Below, piece after piece: positions 1 through 8,757 of a stretch of 64,000 nt of DNA (position 1 is its first letter; the number at the start of each line of letters is the position of its first letter). Position numbers and translations under genes: made by a program. Source of the stretch: Phaeovulum sp. (lineage in GTDB: Bacteria > Pseudomonadota > Alphaproteobacteria > Rhodobacterales > Rhodobacteraceae). The stretch covers positions 8,239 to 72,238 of the forward strand of contig NZ_JAUXPI010000030.1 in the NCBI RefSeq assembly GCF_030684035.1, given 5' to 3'. The notes beneath the pieces were generated by a model. That model searched no databases. It saw only the letters and a program-made list of their open reading frames with translations, and was not told where the DNA came from.

Positions 1-300
1 TGGCCCGCGCTTTACGCCCGAGCACCCGGCTTCGATGCGGTCAAGGTCACCCGGTTCTGGGTTGGGCATTACGCCTATAACACGCTCGATCAGAACGCGA
101 TTCTGGGCCGCCACCCGGGCTTTCAGAACCTCTACCTTGCCAACGGTTTTTCGGGCCACGGGTTGCAGCAGGCCCCTGCGGTGGGGCGCGGGCTTGCCGA
201 GGTCATTCTGACCGGCGACTGGCAGAGCCTTGATCTTTCGGACCTCGACATGCGGCGGGTGATTGCGCACGAGCCGTTCCTTGAAAAGGCGATCGTCTGA
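1..300 (+). CDS. C-terminal fragment of an FAD-dependent (DAO-family-like) oxidoreductase; 5' end outside window
   Basis: Frame 1 is open from base 1 to TGA at 298-300. The translation (...YLANGFSGHGLQQAPAVGRGLAEVILTG...EPFLEKAIV*) resembles the C-terminal FAD-binding segment of DAO-type flavoenzymes. It is absent from the ORF track because it has no in-window start. Confidence 0.55.
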   Translation, partial: WPALYARAPGFDAVKVTRFWVGHYAYNTLDQNAILGRHPGFQNLYLANGFSGHGLQQAPAVGRGLAEVILTGDWQSLDLSDLDMRRVIAHEPFLEKAIV

Positions 301-303
301 GGC

Positions 304-729
304 CTATCCGTCGCTGCGCGCGGCGAGCTGCGGCACTAGGCCGGAAAGGTCATAGCCTGCCGCCGTGGTCGCCGCGAGAATGTCGCGCAACGGCAGGTGT
401 GGGGCCTGCGCCATCGCCCAAAGATGGCTCGACCGCGTGCCGGAACGGCAATAGGCAAGAACCGGCCCTTCGTCCTTGGCAAGCGTGGCGGCGAAGGCCT
501 CGACAAGGTCGGGCGTCATCAGGCCCGGAGCATAGGGCAGGCGGTGGTAGGCGAGCCCTGCCGCGCGCGCGGCCACCTCCATTGCCGCATGGCCGAGATC
601 ATCGCCGACCTCGGCATCGGGACGGTTGTTGATGAGCGTGCGAAACCCCATAGCGGCAAGTGAGGCAAGTTCGGCGGGCTCGATTTGCGGAGCAACCGCA
701 AAACCGGGCACGATCTGGCGCAGATCCAT
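304..729 (-). CDS. DUF442/TIGR01244-family phosphatase-like (CX5R) protein
   Basis: Track ORF 304..789 trimmed to MDLRQIVPGF... The CRSGTRS (CX5R) motif and a size of about 141 aa are typical of the TIGR01244 family. Confidence 0.7.
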   Translation of the reverse strand: MDLRQIVPGFAVAPQIEPAELASLAAMGFRTLINNRPDAEVGDDLGHAAMEVAARAAGLAYHRLPYAPGLMTPDLVEAFAATLAKDEGPVLAYCRSGTRSSHLWAMAQAPHLPLRDILAATTAAGYDLSGLVPQLAARSDG

Positions 730-785
730 GCATTTCTCCCTGATGCGCCACCTCGGCGGCGGTGAATTTCGGCGATGTAGATGGC

Positions 786-802
786 ACAAGCGGCGCGCTT
801 GT
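786..802. promoter_or_regulatory. Palindrome ACAAGCG-N3-CGCTTGT in a divergent intergenic region
   Basis: Perfect 7-bp inverted repeat read directly from the sequence, between the divergent genes 304..729(-) and 887..1294(+). Confidence 0.3.
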
Positions 803-886
803 CAACCGGCGGCGGGCGGAAACTGCCAGCCGCGATTGACCGCAGTGGGGCAGGGTGTCAGGCTCGGTCGAAACGGAGAGCGTTTC

Positions 887-1294
887 ATGGCCACCATCAC
901 CCCGCCCGCAGACCCCGAATCCGATCCGCGCGTCAGCGCGGTGTTCGCCGATATCCGCGCCACGCGGGGCAGCGACTTCATCAACAATGTCTGGCGCTAC
1001 CTGGCCTTTGATCCGGCACTGCTGGAGGCGACATGGGCCGAGGTGAAGGCGGTGATGGCGACACCTTCAGCGCTCGATCCGAAAATGAAGGAAATGATCT
1101 ATGCCGCTGTTTCCATTGCCAATGCCTGTGATTACTGCACCCACAGCCACCTTGCCGCCGCGCGTGCCAAGGGGATGACACCGGCAGAACAGGCCGATTT
1201 CTTTCGCGTCGTTGCGTCTGCCGGGAAAACAAACCACCTTCTCAATGCCTTGCGGGTGCCAGTTGATGCGGCTTTCCTGATGGAGGACAAGTGA
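887..1294 (+). CDS. Carboxymuconolactone decarboxylase (AhpD-like) family protein
   Basis: Track ORF 626..1294 trimmed to ATG 887 (MATITPPADP...). It carries the AhpD-type CxxC-H motif ANACDYCTHSH. Confidence 0.8.
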   Translation: MATITPPADPESDPRVSAVFADIRATRGSDFINNVWRYLAFDPALLEATWAEVKAVMATPSALDPKMKEMIYAAVSIANACDYCTHSHLAAARAKGMTPAEQADFFRVVASAGKTNHLLNALRVPVDAAFLMEDK

Positions 1295-2266
1295 ATGGCC
1301 TATGCGATTGCCTTGAAGGCGGCGGGCGGCACCGATCAGTTTCACCGCATCGAGTTCGATATTCCACGCCCCGGACCGGGTGAGGTAACCTTAAGACAAA
1401 CCGCCATCGGTCTGAATTTCATTGATATTTATTTCCGCATGGGCATCTATCCATGGCCTGTTCCGCACGATCTCGTCACCGGCTCGGAGGCTGCCGGGGT
1501 GATCGAGGCAGTGGGCGAGGGCGTCAGCCTGCGCGTCGGCCAGCGCGTTGCCTACACAACGCCAAATGGCGCCTACGCGAGCCATCGCACCTTGTCCGCC
1601 GCGCAGGCGGTGCCGCTGCCCGATGAAATCAGCGACGAGGTGGCCGCTGCGGTCATGCTGAAGGGTCTGACCGCGCATTACCTCATACATCATTCATTCC
1701 CCGTAACACCCTCAGACACCGTGCTTTTTCACGCTGCGGCAGGTGGGGTTGGGCTGCTTGCCGGGCAATGGCTTGCGGCCAAGGGTGTGCGCGCTATCGG
1801 CACCGCGGGAGGTGCTGCCAAATGCGCGCTGGCACGGGCGCATGGCTACGGCGAGGTGATCGACTACCGGGTGAAGGACTTTGTGCCCGAGGTGATGCGG
1901 CTGACCGACGGCCTTGGCGTCGCTGCCGTCTATGATTCGATCGGTGCCGATACCGTGCTGAAATCGCTGGAGGTCCTGCAACCCTTTGGCACATTGGTGA
2001 GCTTTGGCCAATCTTCCGGCGCGCCTGACAATCTGCGCGTCTCGCATCTGGCGCGCGCCAGCCTGCGGCTTACGCGGCCAACGCTGTTTCATCACACGCG
2101 GGTTCAGGGGTGGTTGGCACGGGCATCTGCCGAGATGTTCGCAATGATTGCTTCGGGTGCCATCAAGGTTGAGATTGCCCAGCGTTTTCCGCTTGCTGCG
2201 GTTGGTTCCGCACATGAAGCGCTGGCCGGGCGGCAAACCACGGGGTCAACGATTCTTGTGCCTTAG
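1295..2266 (+). CDS. qor: NADPH:quinone oxidoreductase (zeta-crystallin-like MDR)
   Basis: 323 aa. It shows the MDR fold pattern (GLNFIDIYFRMGIYP, AAGGVGLLAGQW Rossmann motif) and starts immediately after the upstream stop. Confidence 0.85.
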   Translation: MAYAIALKAAGGTDQFHRIEFDIPRPGPGEVTLRQTAIGLNFIDIYFRMGIYPWPVPHDLVTGSEAAGVIEAVGEGVSLRVGQRVAYTTPNGAYASHRTLSAAQAVPLPDEISDEVAAAVMLKGLTAHYLIHHSFPVTPSDTVLFHAAAGGVGLLAGQWLAAKGVRAIGTAGGAAKCALARAHGYGEVIDYRVKDFVPEVMRLTDGLGVAAVYDSIGADTVLKSLEVLQPFGTLVSFGQSSGAPDNLRVSHLARASLRLTRPTLFHHTRVQGWLARASAEMFAMIASGAIKVEIAQRFPLAAVGSAHEALAGRQTTGSTILVP

Positions 2267-2278
2267 CGCGCATGACCG

Positions 2279-2308
2279 ATACTTAGTTTACATATACTTA
2301 GTTTACAT
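2279..2308. repeat. Perfect 15-bp tandem direct repeat (ATACTTAGTTTACAT x2, plus a partial third copy) in an AT-rich island
   Basis: Read directly from the sequence. It lies between the convergent stops of qor (2266) and pgm (2359) and is flanked by the 6-bp inverted repeat CCGATA(2275-2280)/TATCGG(2318-2323). Confidence 0.9.
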
Positions 2309-2358
2309 AATACTGCTTATCGGACTTATGTAAGCCGGTTATGTTGCGGTGCCCGACG

Positions 2359-3984
2359 TCATGTTACCACGTCCGGGCCTTTGCGGCCGCTCCGCCGACA
2401 AATGCCCACCAGTGCTTCGACCGCCTGCGCAATCGGTGCAAGTGCCGCCTGCGGATCGTCGGCCAGCCCATCCGGCCCCGGCGCGTAGCGTTCGAGGTAA
2501 AGCCGCAAGGTCGCCCCCTCGGTTCCGGTGCCCGAGAGGCGCAGGACCGCGCGCGCGCCGCCCTCGAACAGCAGCCGCAGCCCCTGCCCCTCTGACACCG
2601 CGCCGTCCACCGGGTCGGTATAGGCAAACTCATCAGCAGAGAAAATCCGCAGCCCTGCCACGGATCGCCCGGCAAGCGCGCCAAGCCCGGCGCGCAGATC
2701 GGCAAGCATCGCCTCGGCAGTTGCGATTGGCATCGCCTCGTAATCATGGCGCGAATAATAGGTGCGCCCGAAGCGCACCCAATGTTCGGCAAGCACCTCT
2801 GCCACCGATTTTCCGGTCGCGGCAAGAATCGAAAGCCACATCAGCACCGCCCAGAGCCCGTCTTTCTCGCGCACATGGTCAGAACCGGTGCCAAAGCTTT
2901 CCTCGCCGCAAAGCGTCACCCGGCCCGCATCAAGTAGATTGCCGAAGAACTTCCAGCCGGTCGGGGTCTCGTAGCAAGCAATTCCCAGCGCCTCGGCGAC
3001 CCTGTCCACCGCCGCCGAAGTGGGCATCGAGCGGGCTACACCCTTCAGGCCGCCCGCGTAGCCGGGGGCTAGCTGCATCTGCGCGGCGATCACCGCGAGG
3101 CTGTCGGAAGGGCTTACATAGGTGCCACGGCCAAGGATCATGTTGCGGTCGCCGTCGCCATCGGAGGCGGCACCAAAATCGGGTGCGTCGGGTGCCATCA
3201 TTGCCGCCATCAGCTCATGCGCCCAGGTCGGGTTCGGGTCGGGGTGCATTCCGCCGAAATCCGGCAAGGGCCGGGCATGGACCACGGAGCCGGGGGCTGC
3301 CCCCAGCCGGTGCTCGAAAATCTCCACCGCATAGGGGCCGGTGATCGCGTTCATGCTATCGATCCGGGCGCTGAAGCCCGCATGAAACAGGCTTCGCAAC
3401 GCTTTGAAATCGAAGAGGGTTTCCATCAGGTCGGCGTAAGCGGAAACCGGGTCTACCACCTCGACGACCATCGCCCCAATCCGCTTTTCGCCCAAGCTGG
3501 CAAGGTCGATGTCGGCGGTGTCGGCCTTGCGGTATTCGGTAATTTCAAGCGTCGCGGCAAAAATCGCCTCGGTCACCACCTCGGGCGCGGGGCCACCGTT
3601 TGCCGTGTTGTATTTCACCCCGAAATCCTCGTCGGGCCCGCCGGGGTTGTGGCTGGCGGAAAGGATCAGCCCGCCATCGGCGCGCCGGAGCCGGATCAGA
3701 TGCGAGGCGGCGGGCGTGGAAAGCCAGGCACCCTGCCCCACGATCACCCGCGCAGCACCGTTCGCCGCCGCCATCTTCAAGATCACCTGCGCGGCTTCAA
3801 GCCCGAAATAGCGCCCGTCGCCGCCAAGCACGAAGGTCTTGCCCTCTGCGCCGCCGATTGCATCGAAGGTCGCCTGCACGAAGTTTTCGAGGTAGCCGGG
3901 GGTCATGAACACGCGGGTTTTCTTGCGCAGTCCCGAGGTGCCGGGTTTCTGGCCTGCAATGGCCTGGGTCGGGTGGCGCATCAT
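2359..3984 (-). CDS. pgm: Phosphoglucomutase (alpha-D-glucose phosphate-specific)
   Basis: 541 aa with the phosphoserine loop SASHNPGGPDEDFG and the N-terminal GQKPGTSGLRKK. Its ATG overlaps the glgX stop (ATGA). Confidence 0.95.
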   Translation of the reverse strand: MMRHPTQAIAGQKPGTSGLRKKTRVFMTPGYLENFVQATFDAIGGAEGKTFVLGGDGRYFGLEAAQVILKMAAANGAARVIVGQGAWLSTPAASHLIRLRRADGGLILSASHNPGGPDEDFGVKYNTANGGPAPEVVTEAIFAATLEITEYRKADTADIDLASLGEKRIGAMVVEVVDPVSAYADLMETLFDFKALRSLFHAGFSARIDSMNAITGPYAVEIFEHRLGAAPGSVVHARPLPDFGGMHPDPNPTWAHELMAAMMAPDAPDFGAASDGDGDRNMILGRGTYVSPSDSLAVIAAQMQLAPGYAGGLKGVARSMPTSAAVDRVAEALGIACYETPTGWKFFGNLLDAGRVTLCGEESFGTGSDHVREKDGLWAVLMWLSILAATGKSVAEVLAEHWVRFGRTYYSRHDYEAMPIATAEAMLADLRAGLGALAGRSVAGLRIFSADEFAYTDPVDGAVSEGQGLRLLFEGGARAVLRLSGTGTEGATLRLYLERYAPGPDGLADDPQAALAPIAQAVEALVGICRRSGRKGPDVVT

Positions 3985-5972
3985 GACCTCTCAAAAAAAA
4001 GTTGAACCGACTGGGCGGCAAGTTCGCTGCTGGCACCCGCAGGCAATTCTGGCGCATCCGGGCAGGCAGAGTCGAGCACCAGATCCCAGGCCCCGGGGGG
4101 AAGCACCACGCGGCAGGCACCGCCCGCGTTGAAGGCGGCAAAGGCGGCGCGCGGGTTTTCTCCGCCCTCCGCAGCGCCACGAAGCTCGATGCAAAGGCAG
4201 TGCGCGGCGGGGTTGTGCCAATCGTCCGCTGTCGGCTCGCTGCCCGAAGGCAGCCGCCAGACCAGATCGCGCAGGCCATCGGCGCGCTTGCGGGCATGCA
4301 GGAAGCGTTGCTGGCGCAGCACCGGATTGGCCGCGCGCAAGCCTGCAAGCCGCGCAACATAGGCCGCAAGCGCCGCGTCGCCCGGCCAATTCACCCAAGA
4401 GGTGGCGTTGTCTTGTGCATAGGCGTTGTTGTTGCCGCCCTGGCTGTTGCCAATCTCGTCGCCTGCAAGCCACATCGGCGTGCCCTGCGCGAAGAAAAGC
4501 GAGGCCAGCATCGCCCGTTTTCGCGCCTCTCGGGCGGCCATGACCGCCGGGTCGTCGCTTGCCCCCTCGTGGCCGAAGTTGGCAGAAAAATTCTCGCCAT
4601 GCCCGTCGCGGCCACCCTCGCCATTCGCCATGTTGTGATTTTTGCTAAAGGATACAATGTCATGCAGCGTGAACCCATCATGCGAGGCGAGGTAGTTGAC
4701 CGACGCCGTTGCGGCCCGCCCGCCCTTGTCGAAGGTCTCGGCGCTGCCTGCAAGGCGGCGCGCCAGATCCGGCAGCATGCCCGCATCCCCCCGCCAGAAG
4801 CGGCGCAGGCCATCGCGGAAGCGGTCGTTCCATTCGGCAAAGGGCGGCGGGAATTCGCCAAGCCGGTAGCCCGCATGCCCCAGATCCCACGGCTCGGCGA
4901 TCAGCTTCAGCCGGGAAAGAACCGGGTCCTTCCGCAGCGCCGAAAGCATCGGCCCGGCGGCCTCGAACCCGCCCTTGGCCCCGCGGCCAAGCGTGGTAGC
5001 CAGATCGAAGCGAAAACCGGCAACCCCGAGCGCCGCCCAATGCCGCAGGCTGTCAAGCACCAGCCGCCGCACCACCCGTTGCGACATATCGAGCGTGTTG
5101 CCGCAGCCGGTATCGTTGACATAGCCGCCATCGTGCAGGCGGTAATAGCTCGCGTTGTCGATGCCGCGAAAGGCAAGCGTCGGGCCGTTCTGGTCGCCCT
5201 CGCCGGTGTGGTTGAAGACCACATCAAGGATCACTTCAATCCCGGCACCGCGCAGCCCGCCAATCATTGCGGCAAAACTTTCCGGGCCACCGTAGCGCGG
5301 ATCGGGGGCGAAAAAGCCGAGGCTCTGATAGCCCCAGTAGTTGCGCAGGCCCCTCTCGACCACGAAACGGTCGTCGATGAAGGCATGCACCGGCAGCAGT
5401 TCCAGCGCGGTTACACCGAGCCTGCTGAAATGCTCCAACATCGCGGGGGCGGCAAGCCCGGCGTAGGTGCCGCGCAGCGCTGCGGGCACTTCGGGGTGCT
5501 CGGCGGTCAGCCCCTTCACATGCGCCTCGCAAATCACCGTTTCGCTCCAGCTTCGTTGCGGCACCGGGGCAAGCGGTGCCACGGGGGCCATGACCACCGA
5601 CTTTGGCACCAGTGCCGCGGTATCGCGCCCCTGCCCCATCAAGCCTGCGCTCCAGCGCAAGGGTGCGCTCAGGGCGCGCGCATAGGGGTCGAGCAGCAGC
5701 TTGGCCGGATCGAAGCGGTGGCCGATGCGCGGGGCCCAGGGCCCGTGGACGCGAAAACCGTATTCTGCCCCCGGCCCCAGCCCCGGCACGAAGCCCTGCC
5801 AGATGCCCCCCTCGCCCGCCGAAAGCTCCAGCCGCCGCTCTTGGTCGGCATCGAACAGGCAGAGTTCCACCCGTTCCGCATGGGCGGAAAAGAGCGAAAA
5901 ATGCACACCCCCAGCCTCGGGGATGGCCCCCAAGGCAGGCGCAGGCCCCGCGCCGATGTCTTGGTCAGCCAC
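3981..5972 (-). CDS. glgX: Glycogen debranching enzyme (GH13)
   Basis: 663 aa with an N-terminal CBM48-like segment GVHFSLFSAHAERVELCLF and the GH13 regions GFRFDLA and IAEPWD. Confidence 0.95.
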   Translation of the reverse strand: MADQDIGAGPAPALGAIPEAGGVHFSLFSAHAERVELCLFDADQERRLELSAGEGGIWQGFVPGLGPGAEYGFRVHGPWAPRIGHRFDPAKLLLDPYARALSAPLRWSAGLMGQGRDTAALVPKSVVMAPVAPLAPVPQRSWSETVICEAHVKGLTAEHPEVPAALRGTYAGLAAPAMLEHFSRLGVTALELLPVHAFIDDRFVVERGLRNYWGYQSLGFFAPDPRYGGPESFAAMIGGLRGAGIEVILDVVFNHTGEGDQNGPTLAFRGIDNASYYRLHDGGYVNDTGCGNTLDMSQRVVRRLVLDSLRHWAALGVAGFRFDLATTLGRGAKGGFEAAGPMLSALRKDPVLSRLKLIAEPWDLGHAGYRLGEFPPPFAEWNDRFRDGLRRFWRGDAGMLPDLARRLAGSAETFDKGGRAATASVNYLASHDGFTLHDIVSFSKNHNMANGEGGRDGHGENFSANFGHEGASDDPAVMAAREARKRAMLASLFFAQGTPMWLAGDEIGNSQGGNNNAYAQDNATSWVNWPGDAALAAYVARLAGLRAANPVLRQQRFLHARKRADGLRDLVWRLPSGSEPTADDWHNPAAHCLCIELRGAAEGGENPRAAFAAFNAGGACRVVLPPGAWDLVLDSACPDAPELPAGASSELAAQSVQLFFERS

Positions 5973-7422
5973 GCTTCAGCCCCTCGTAAAGTGCTGCGTA
6001 GCGCGCCGCCGAAGCGGCCCAGCCAAAATCGGCCTTCATCCCCCGGCGCTGCATCCGGCCCCATTCGGCGCTGTCGGCGTAAAGGCCCGAAAGCTTGCGC
6101 AGGGCCTGGCGAAGCGCCAGCGCATCGACCGGGTGGAACACCACGCCGGTTGCCGCCGCCGCAGCAAGGCTTGCGGATGTGGCGCCGATCACCGTATCGG
6201 CAAGCCCCCCCACCGCCGAAACCACCGGCACGCAGCCATAGCGCAGACCCATCATCTGGGTGAGGCCGCAGGGCTCGAAACGCGATGGCACCAGCACCGC
6301 ATCGCCGCCGGCAAACATCCGGTGGCTCAGCGCCTCGTCATAGCCGATCCGCAGCCCGACCCGCCCCGGGTGCCGTGCCGCAAGGCCTTGCAGCGCCGCC
6401 TCGGCCCATGGCTCGCCCGCGCCAAGCACGCAAAGCCCGCCGCCCGCCGCAAGAAATTCGGCAACCGCCTCGGGCACAATGTCGATGCCCTTTTGATGGG
6501 TGAGGCGGCTGACCAGAATAGCCAGCGGCCCCGGCACCTTGGCGAGGCCGAATTCGGCCAGAAGCTGCGCACGATTGCGTGCCTTCAGCGCCAGCTTGCG
6601 CGCCGAAAAGGGCTCTATCGCCGCATCGGTTTCGGGGTTCCAGACCGCATCATCAATCCCGTTCAGGATGCCCTGCACCACCCCGGCCCGCGCCGCAATG
6701 ACACCTTCCAGCCCGAGGCCGAACTCGGGCCGCATCAGCTCGTCGGCATAGCGCGGCGACACCGTGGTGATTGCATCCGCTGCAACCAGCCCCGCCTTCA
6801 GCGCCGAAATATTGCCCCAGTATTCCACCCCTTCGGGGACGAACGCCTCTGGCGGCAGCCGCAGCGCGGCGCGCCGCTCGGCCCCGGCAATCCCTTGAAA
6901 AGCAATGTTGTGCACCGTCATCACCGAAGGCACGGCAATGCCGCGGTAGCGCAGATAGGCGGGCGCAAATCCCCCCTGCCAGTCGTGGGCATGCACGATA
7001 TCCGGTTTCCAGCCCGCGGCGTCGCCGCCCTGCGCCAGATCGGCGGCCACCCAGCAGAGCGCCGCGAAACGTTCCGGATTGTCGCGAAAATCGCCCGAAC
7101 CATCGGAATAGGGCCCGCCGAGGCGCGCGAACAGATGCGGCGCTTCCAGCGCCAGGATCTCGACCCCCGCGACCTCGCCCAGAACCACCCGTGCGGCACC
7201 GCCAAAGAGATCGTCCGAGGCCCAGACCTCGCGGGAACGGGCGCGCGGGCGGTCAAGCTTTGCCAGCACCCCCGGATAGGCGGGGATGAGCACCCGCATC
7301 TGCCAGCCATGCGCCGCAAGCGCCCCCGGCAGCGCCCCCACCACATCCGCAAGACCGCCGGTTTTCACCAGTGGCACGCATTCCGATGCTACCGAAAGCA
7401 CCCGCCCGCCCATCTTGCGCAT
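5965..7422 (-). CDS. glgA: Glycogen synthase (ADP-glucose type)
   Basis: Track ORF 5965..7749 trimmed to MRKMGGRVLSVASECVPLVKTGGLADV (KTGGL motif). The untrimmed extension would overlap glgC. Confidence 0.9.
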   Translation of the reverse strand: MRKMGGRVLSVASECVPLVKTGGLADVVGALPGALAAHGWQMRVLIPAYPGVLAKLDRPRARSREVWASDDLFGGAARVVLGEVAGVEILALEAPHLFARLGGPYSDGSGDFRDNPERFAALCWVAADLAQGGDAAGWKPDIVHAHDWQGGFAPAYLRYRGIAVPSVMTVHNIAFQGIAGAERRAALRLPPEAFVPEGVEYWGNISALKAGLVAADAITTVSPRYADELMRPEFGLGLEGVIAARAGVVQGILNGIDDAVWNPETDAAIEPFSARKLALKARNRAQLLAEFGLAKVPGPLAILVSRLTHQKGIDIVPEAVAEFLAAGGGLCVLGAGEPWAEAALQGLAARHPGRVGLRIGYDEALSHRMFAGGDAVLVPSRFEPCGLTQMMGLRYGCVPVVSAVGGLADTVIGATSASLAAAAATGVVFHPVDALALRQALRKLSGLYADSAEWGRMQRRGMKADFGWAASAARYAALYEGLKRG

Positions 7423-7466
7423 CTCCCTATCCGTCCCTGTCCAATCACCCCCGGGCAAGCGGCCCG

Positions 7467-8741
7467 CTAGCCCAGGGCATGTGCGCGCGCCGCAAGCATG
7501 GTTTTGGTGATCAGCACGATCCCGCCGGCGCTTACCCGAAACCAGCGCGCATCTTCCTCGGGGTCTTCGCCCACCACCAGCCCAGGCGGAACCGTCACCC
7601 CGCGGTCGAGCACGCAGCGCGCCAGCCGCGCGCCCCGGCCGATATCTGCATAGGGCAGCGCCACCACATGGTCGAGCGTCGCGTAGCTGTGGGTGCGGCA
7701 GCCGGTGAACAGCAGCGAATTGCGAACCTCCGACCCCGAAACGATGCAATCCCCCGAAACCAGCGAGGAAACCGCCATGCCCCGCCGCCCGATCTCGTCA
7801 TGGATGAATTTTGCCGGTGGCACGATTTCGGCATAGGTCCAGATCGGCCAGGCGTTGTCGTAAAGATCGAGCTTGGGGGTGAATTCTGTCAGGTCGATAT
7901 TGGCCTGCCAGAACGCGTCGATGGTGCCGACGTCGCGCCAGTAAGGTTCGGTTTCGAGCCCGCTTGTCACGCAGGATTCCGAAAAGCGATGCGCCATCGC
8001 CTTGCCGTTCCGCACGATCGCCGGAATGAGGTCATTGCCGAAATCATGGCTTGAATTCGTATCCGCCGCATCGCTGAGCAGCAGGTTGCGCAGAAAATCC
8101 CAGTCGAAGACGTAAATCCCCATTGACGCGAGTGTGCTATCGGGATCGCCCGGCATCCCCGGCGGATCGGCGGGCTTTTCAAGAAAAGCGGTGACCCGCC
8201 CCATCGCGTCCACATCCATCACGCCAAAGGCCGAGGCTTCGGAGCGCGGCACGGTCAGGCAGCCGATCGTGACATCGGCACCAGTGGCGACGTGCTGTTG
8301 CAGCATCACCTCGTAATCCATCTTGTACACATGGTCGCCTGCCAGCACGACGACATACCTGACCTTGTAACTATCGACGATGTCGATGTTTTGCGTCACC
8401 GCATCGGCGGTGCCAAGATACCACTGATTTTCGCTCACCCGCTGGCTCGCGGGCAGAATGTCGAGGTATTCGTTGCGCTCGGCACGGAAAAAGCTCCAGC
8501 CGCGTTGCATGTGGCGGATCAGGCTGTGCGCCTTGTATTGGGTGGCAATCGCCATCTTGCGAATGCCCGAGTTGAGCGCGTTCGACAGGGCAAAGTCGAT
8601 GATCCGCGCCTTGCCGCCGAAATAGACGGCGGGCTTGGCGCGGGTGTCGGTCAGTTCCTTCAGGCGGCTGCCACGCCCGCCAGCCAGCACGAATGCCATC
8701 GCCTGGCTGGAAAGCCGGGTGTTTGGTTGCGGTTTCATCAC
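7467..8741 (-). CDS. glgC: Glucose-1-phosphate adenylyltransferase
   Basis: 424 aa with [13 protein letters not shown] and the FxEKP motif (FLEKPADP). Confidence 0.95.
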   Translation of the reverse strand: MMKPQPNTRLSSQAMAFVLAGGRGSRLKELTDTRAKPAVYFGGKARIIDFALSNALNSGIRKMAIATQYKAHSLIRHMQRGWSFFRAERNEYLDILPASQRVSENQWYLGTADAVTQNIDIVDSYKVRYVVVLAGDHVYKMDYEVMLQQHVATGADVTIGCLTVPRSEASAFGVMDVDAMGRVTAFLEKPADPPGMPGDPDSTLASMGIYVFDWDFLRNLLLSDAADTNSSHDFGNDLIPAIVRNGKAMAHRFSESCVTSGLETEPYWRDVGTIDAFWQANIDLTEFTPKLDLYDNAWPIWTYAEIVPPAKFIHDEIGRRGMAVSSLVSGDCIVSGSEVRNSLLFTGCRTHSYATLDHVVALPYADIGRGARLARCVLDRGVTVPPGLVVGEDPEEDARWFRVSAGGIVLITKTMLAARAHALG

Positions 8742-8757
8742 TCCCCCTTTCCGGCCC

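Noticed and set aside
2279-2308. The tandem repeat as a CRISPR or minisatellite array.
   Set aside because: There are only two full 15-bp copies with no spacers, and no cas genes are present.
4002-6263. 753-aa plus-strand ORF opposite glgX/glgA, with similar ORFs at 5701..7470, 9613..10791, 12063..13310, 16492..17700, 18679..19917, 24835..26202, 30680..32449, 43324..44733, 45661..46974 and 49124..50230.
   Set aside because: All are antisense to genes with unmistakable family motifs and have arginine/proline-rich compositions typical of shadow frames.
7423-7749. N-terminal extension of glgA in the ORF track (start at 7749), overlapping glgC.
   Set aside because: The extension is Arg/Gly-rich, overlaps the 3' end of glgC, and precedes the canonical GlgA N-terminus (KTGGL motif). 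The start was trimmed to 7422. The same logic was applied to the aroK, GntR, phasin-like, SBP, ATPase and cytochrome N-terminal extensions.
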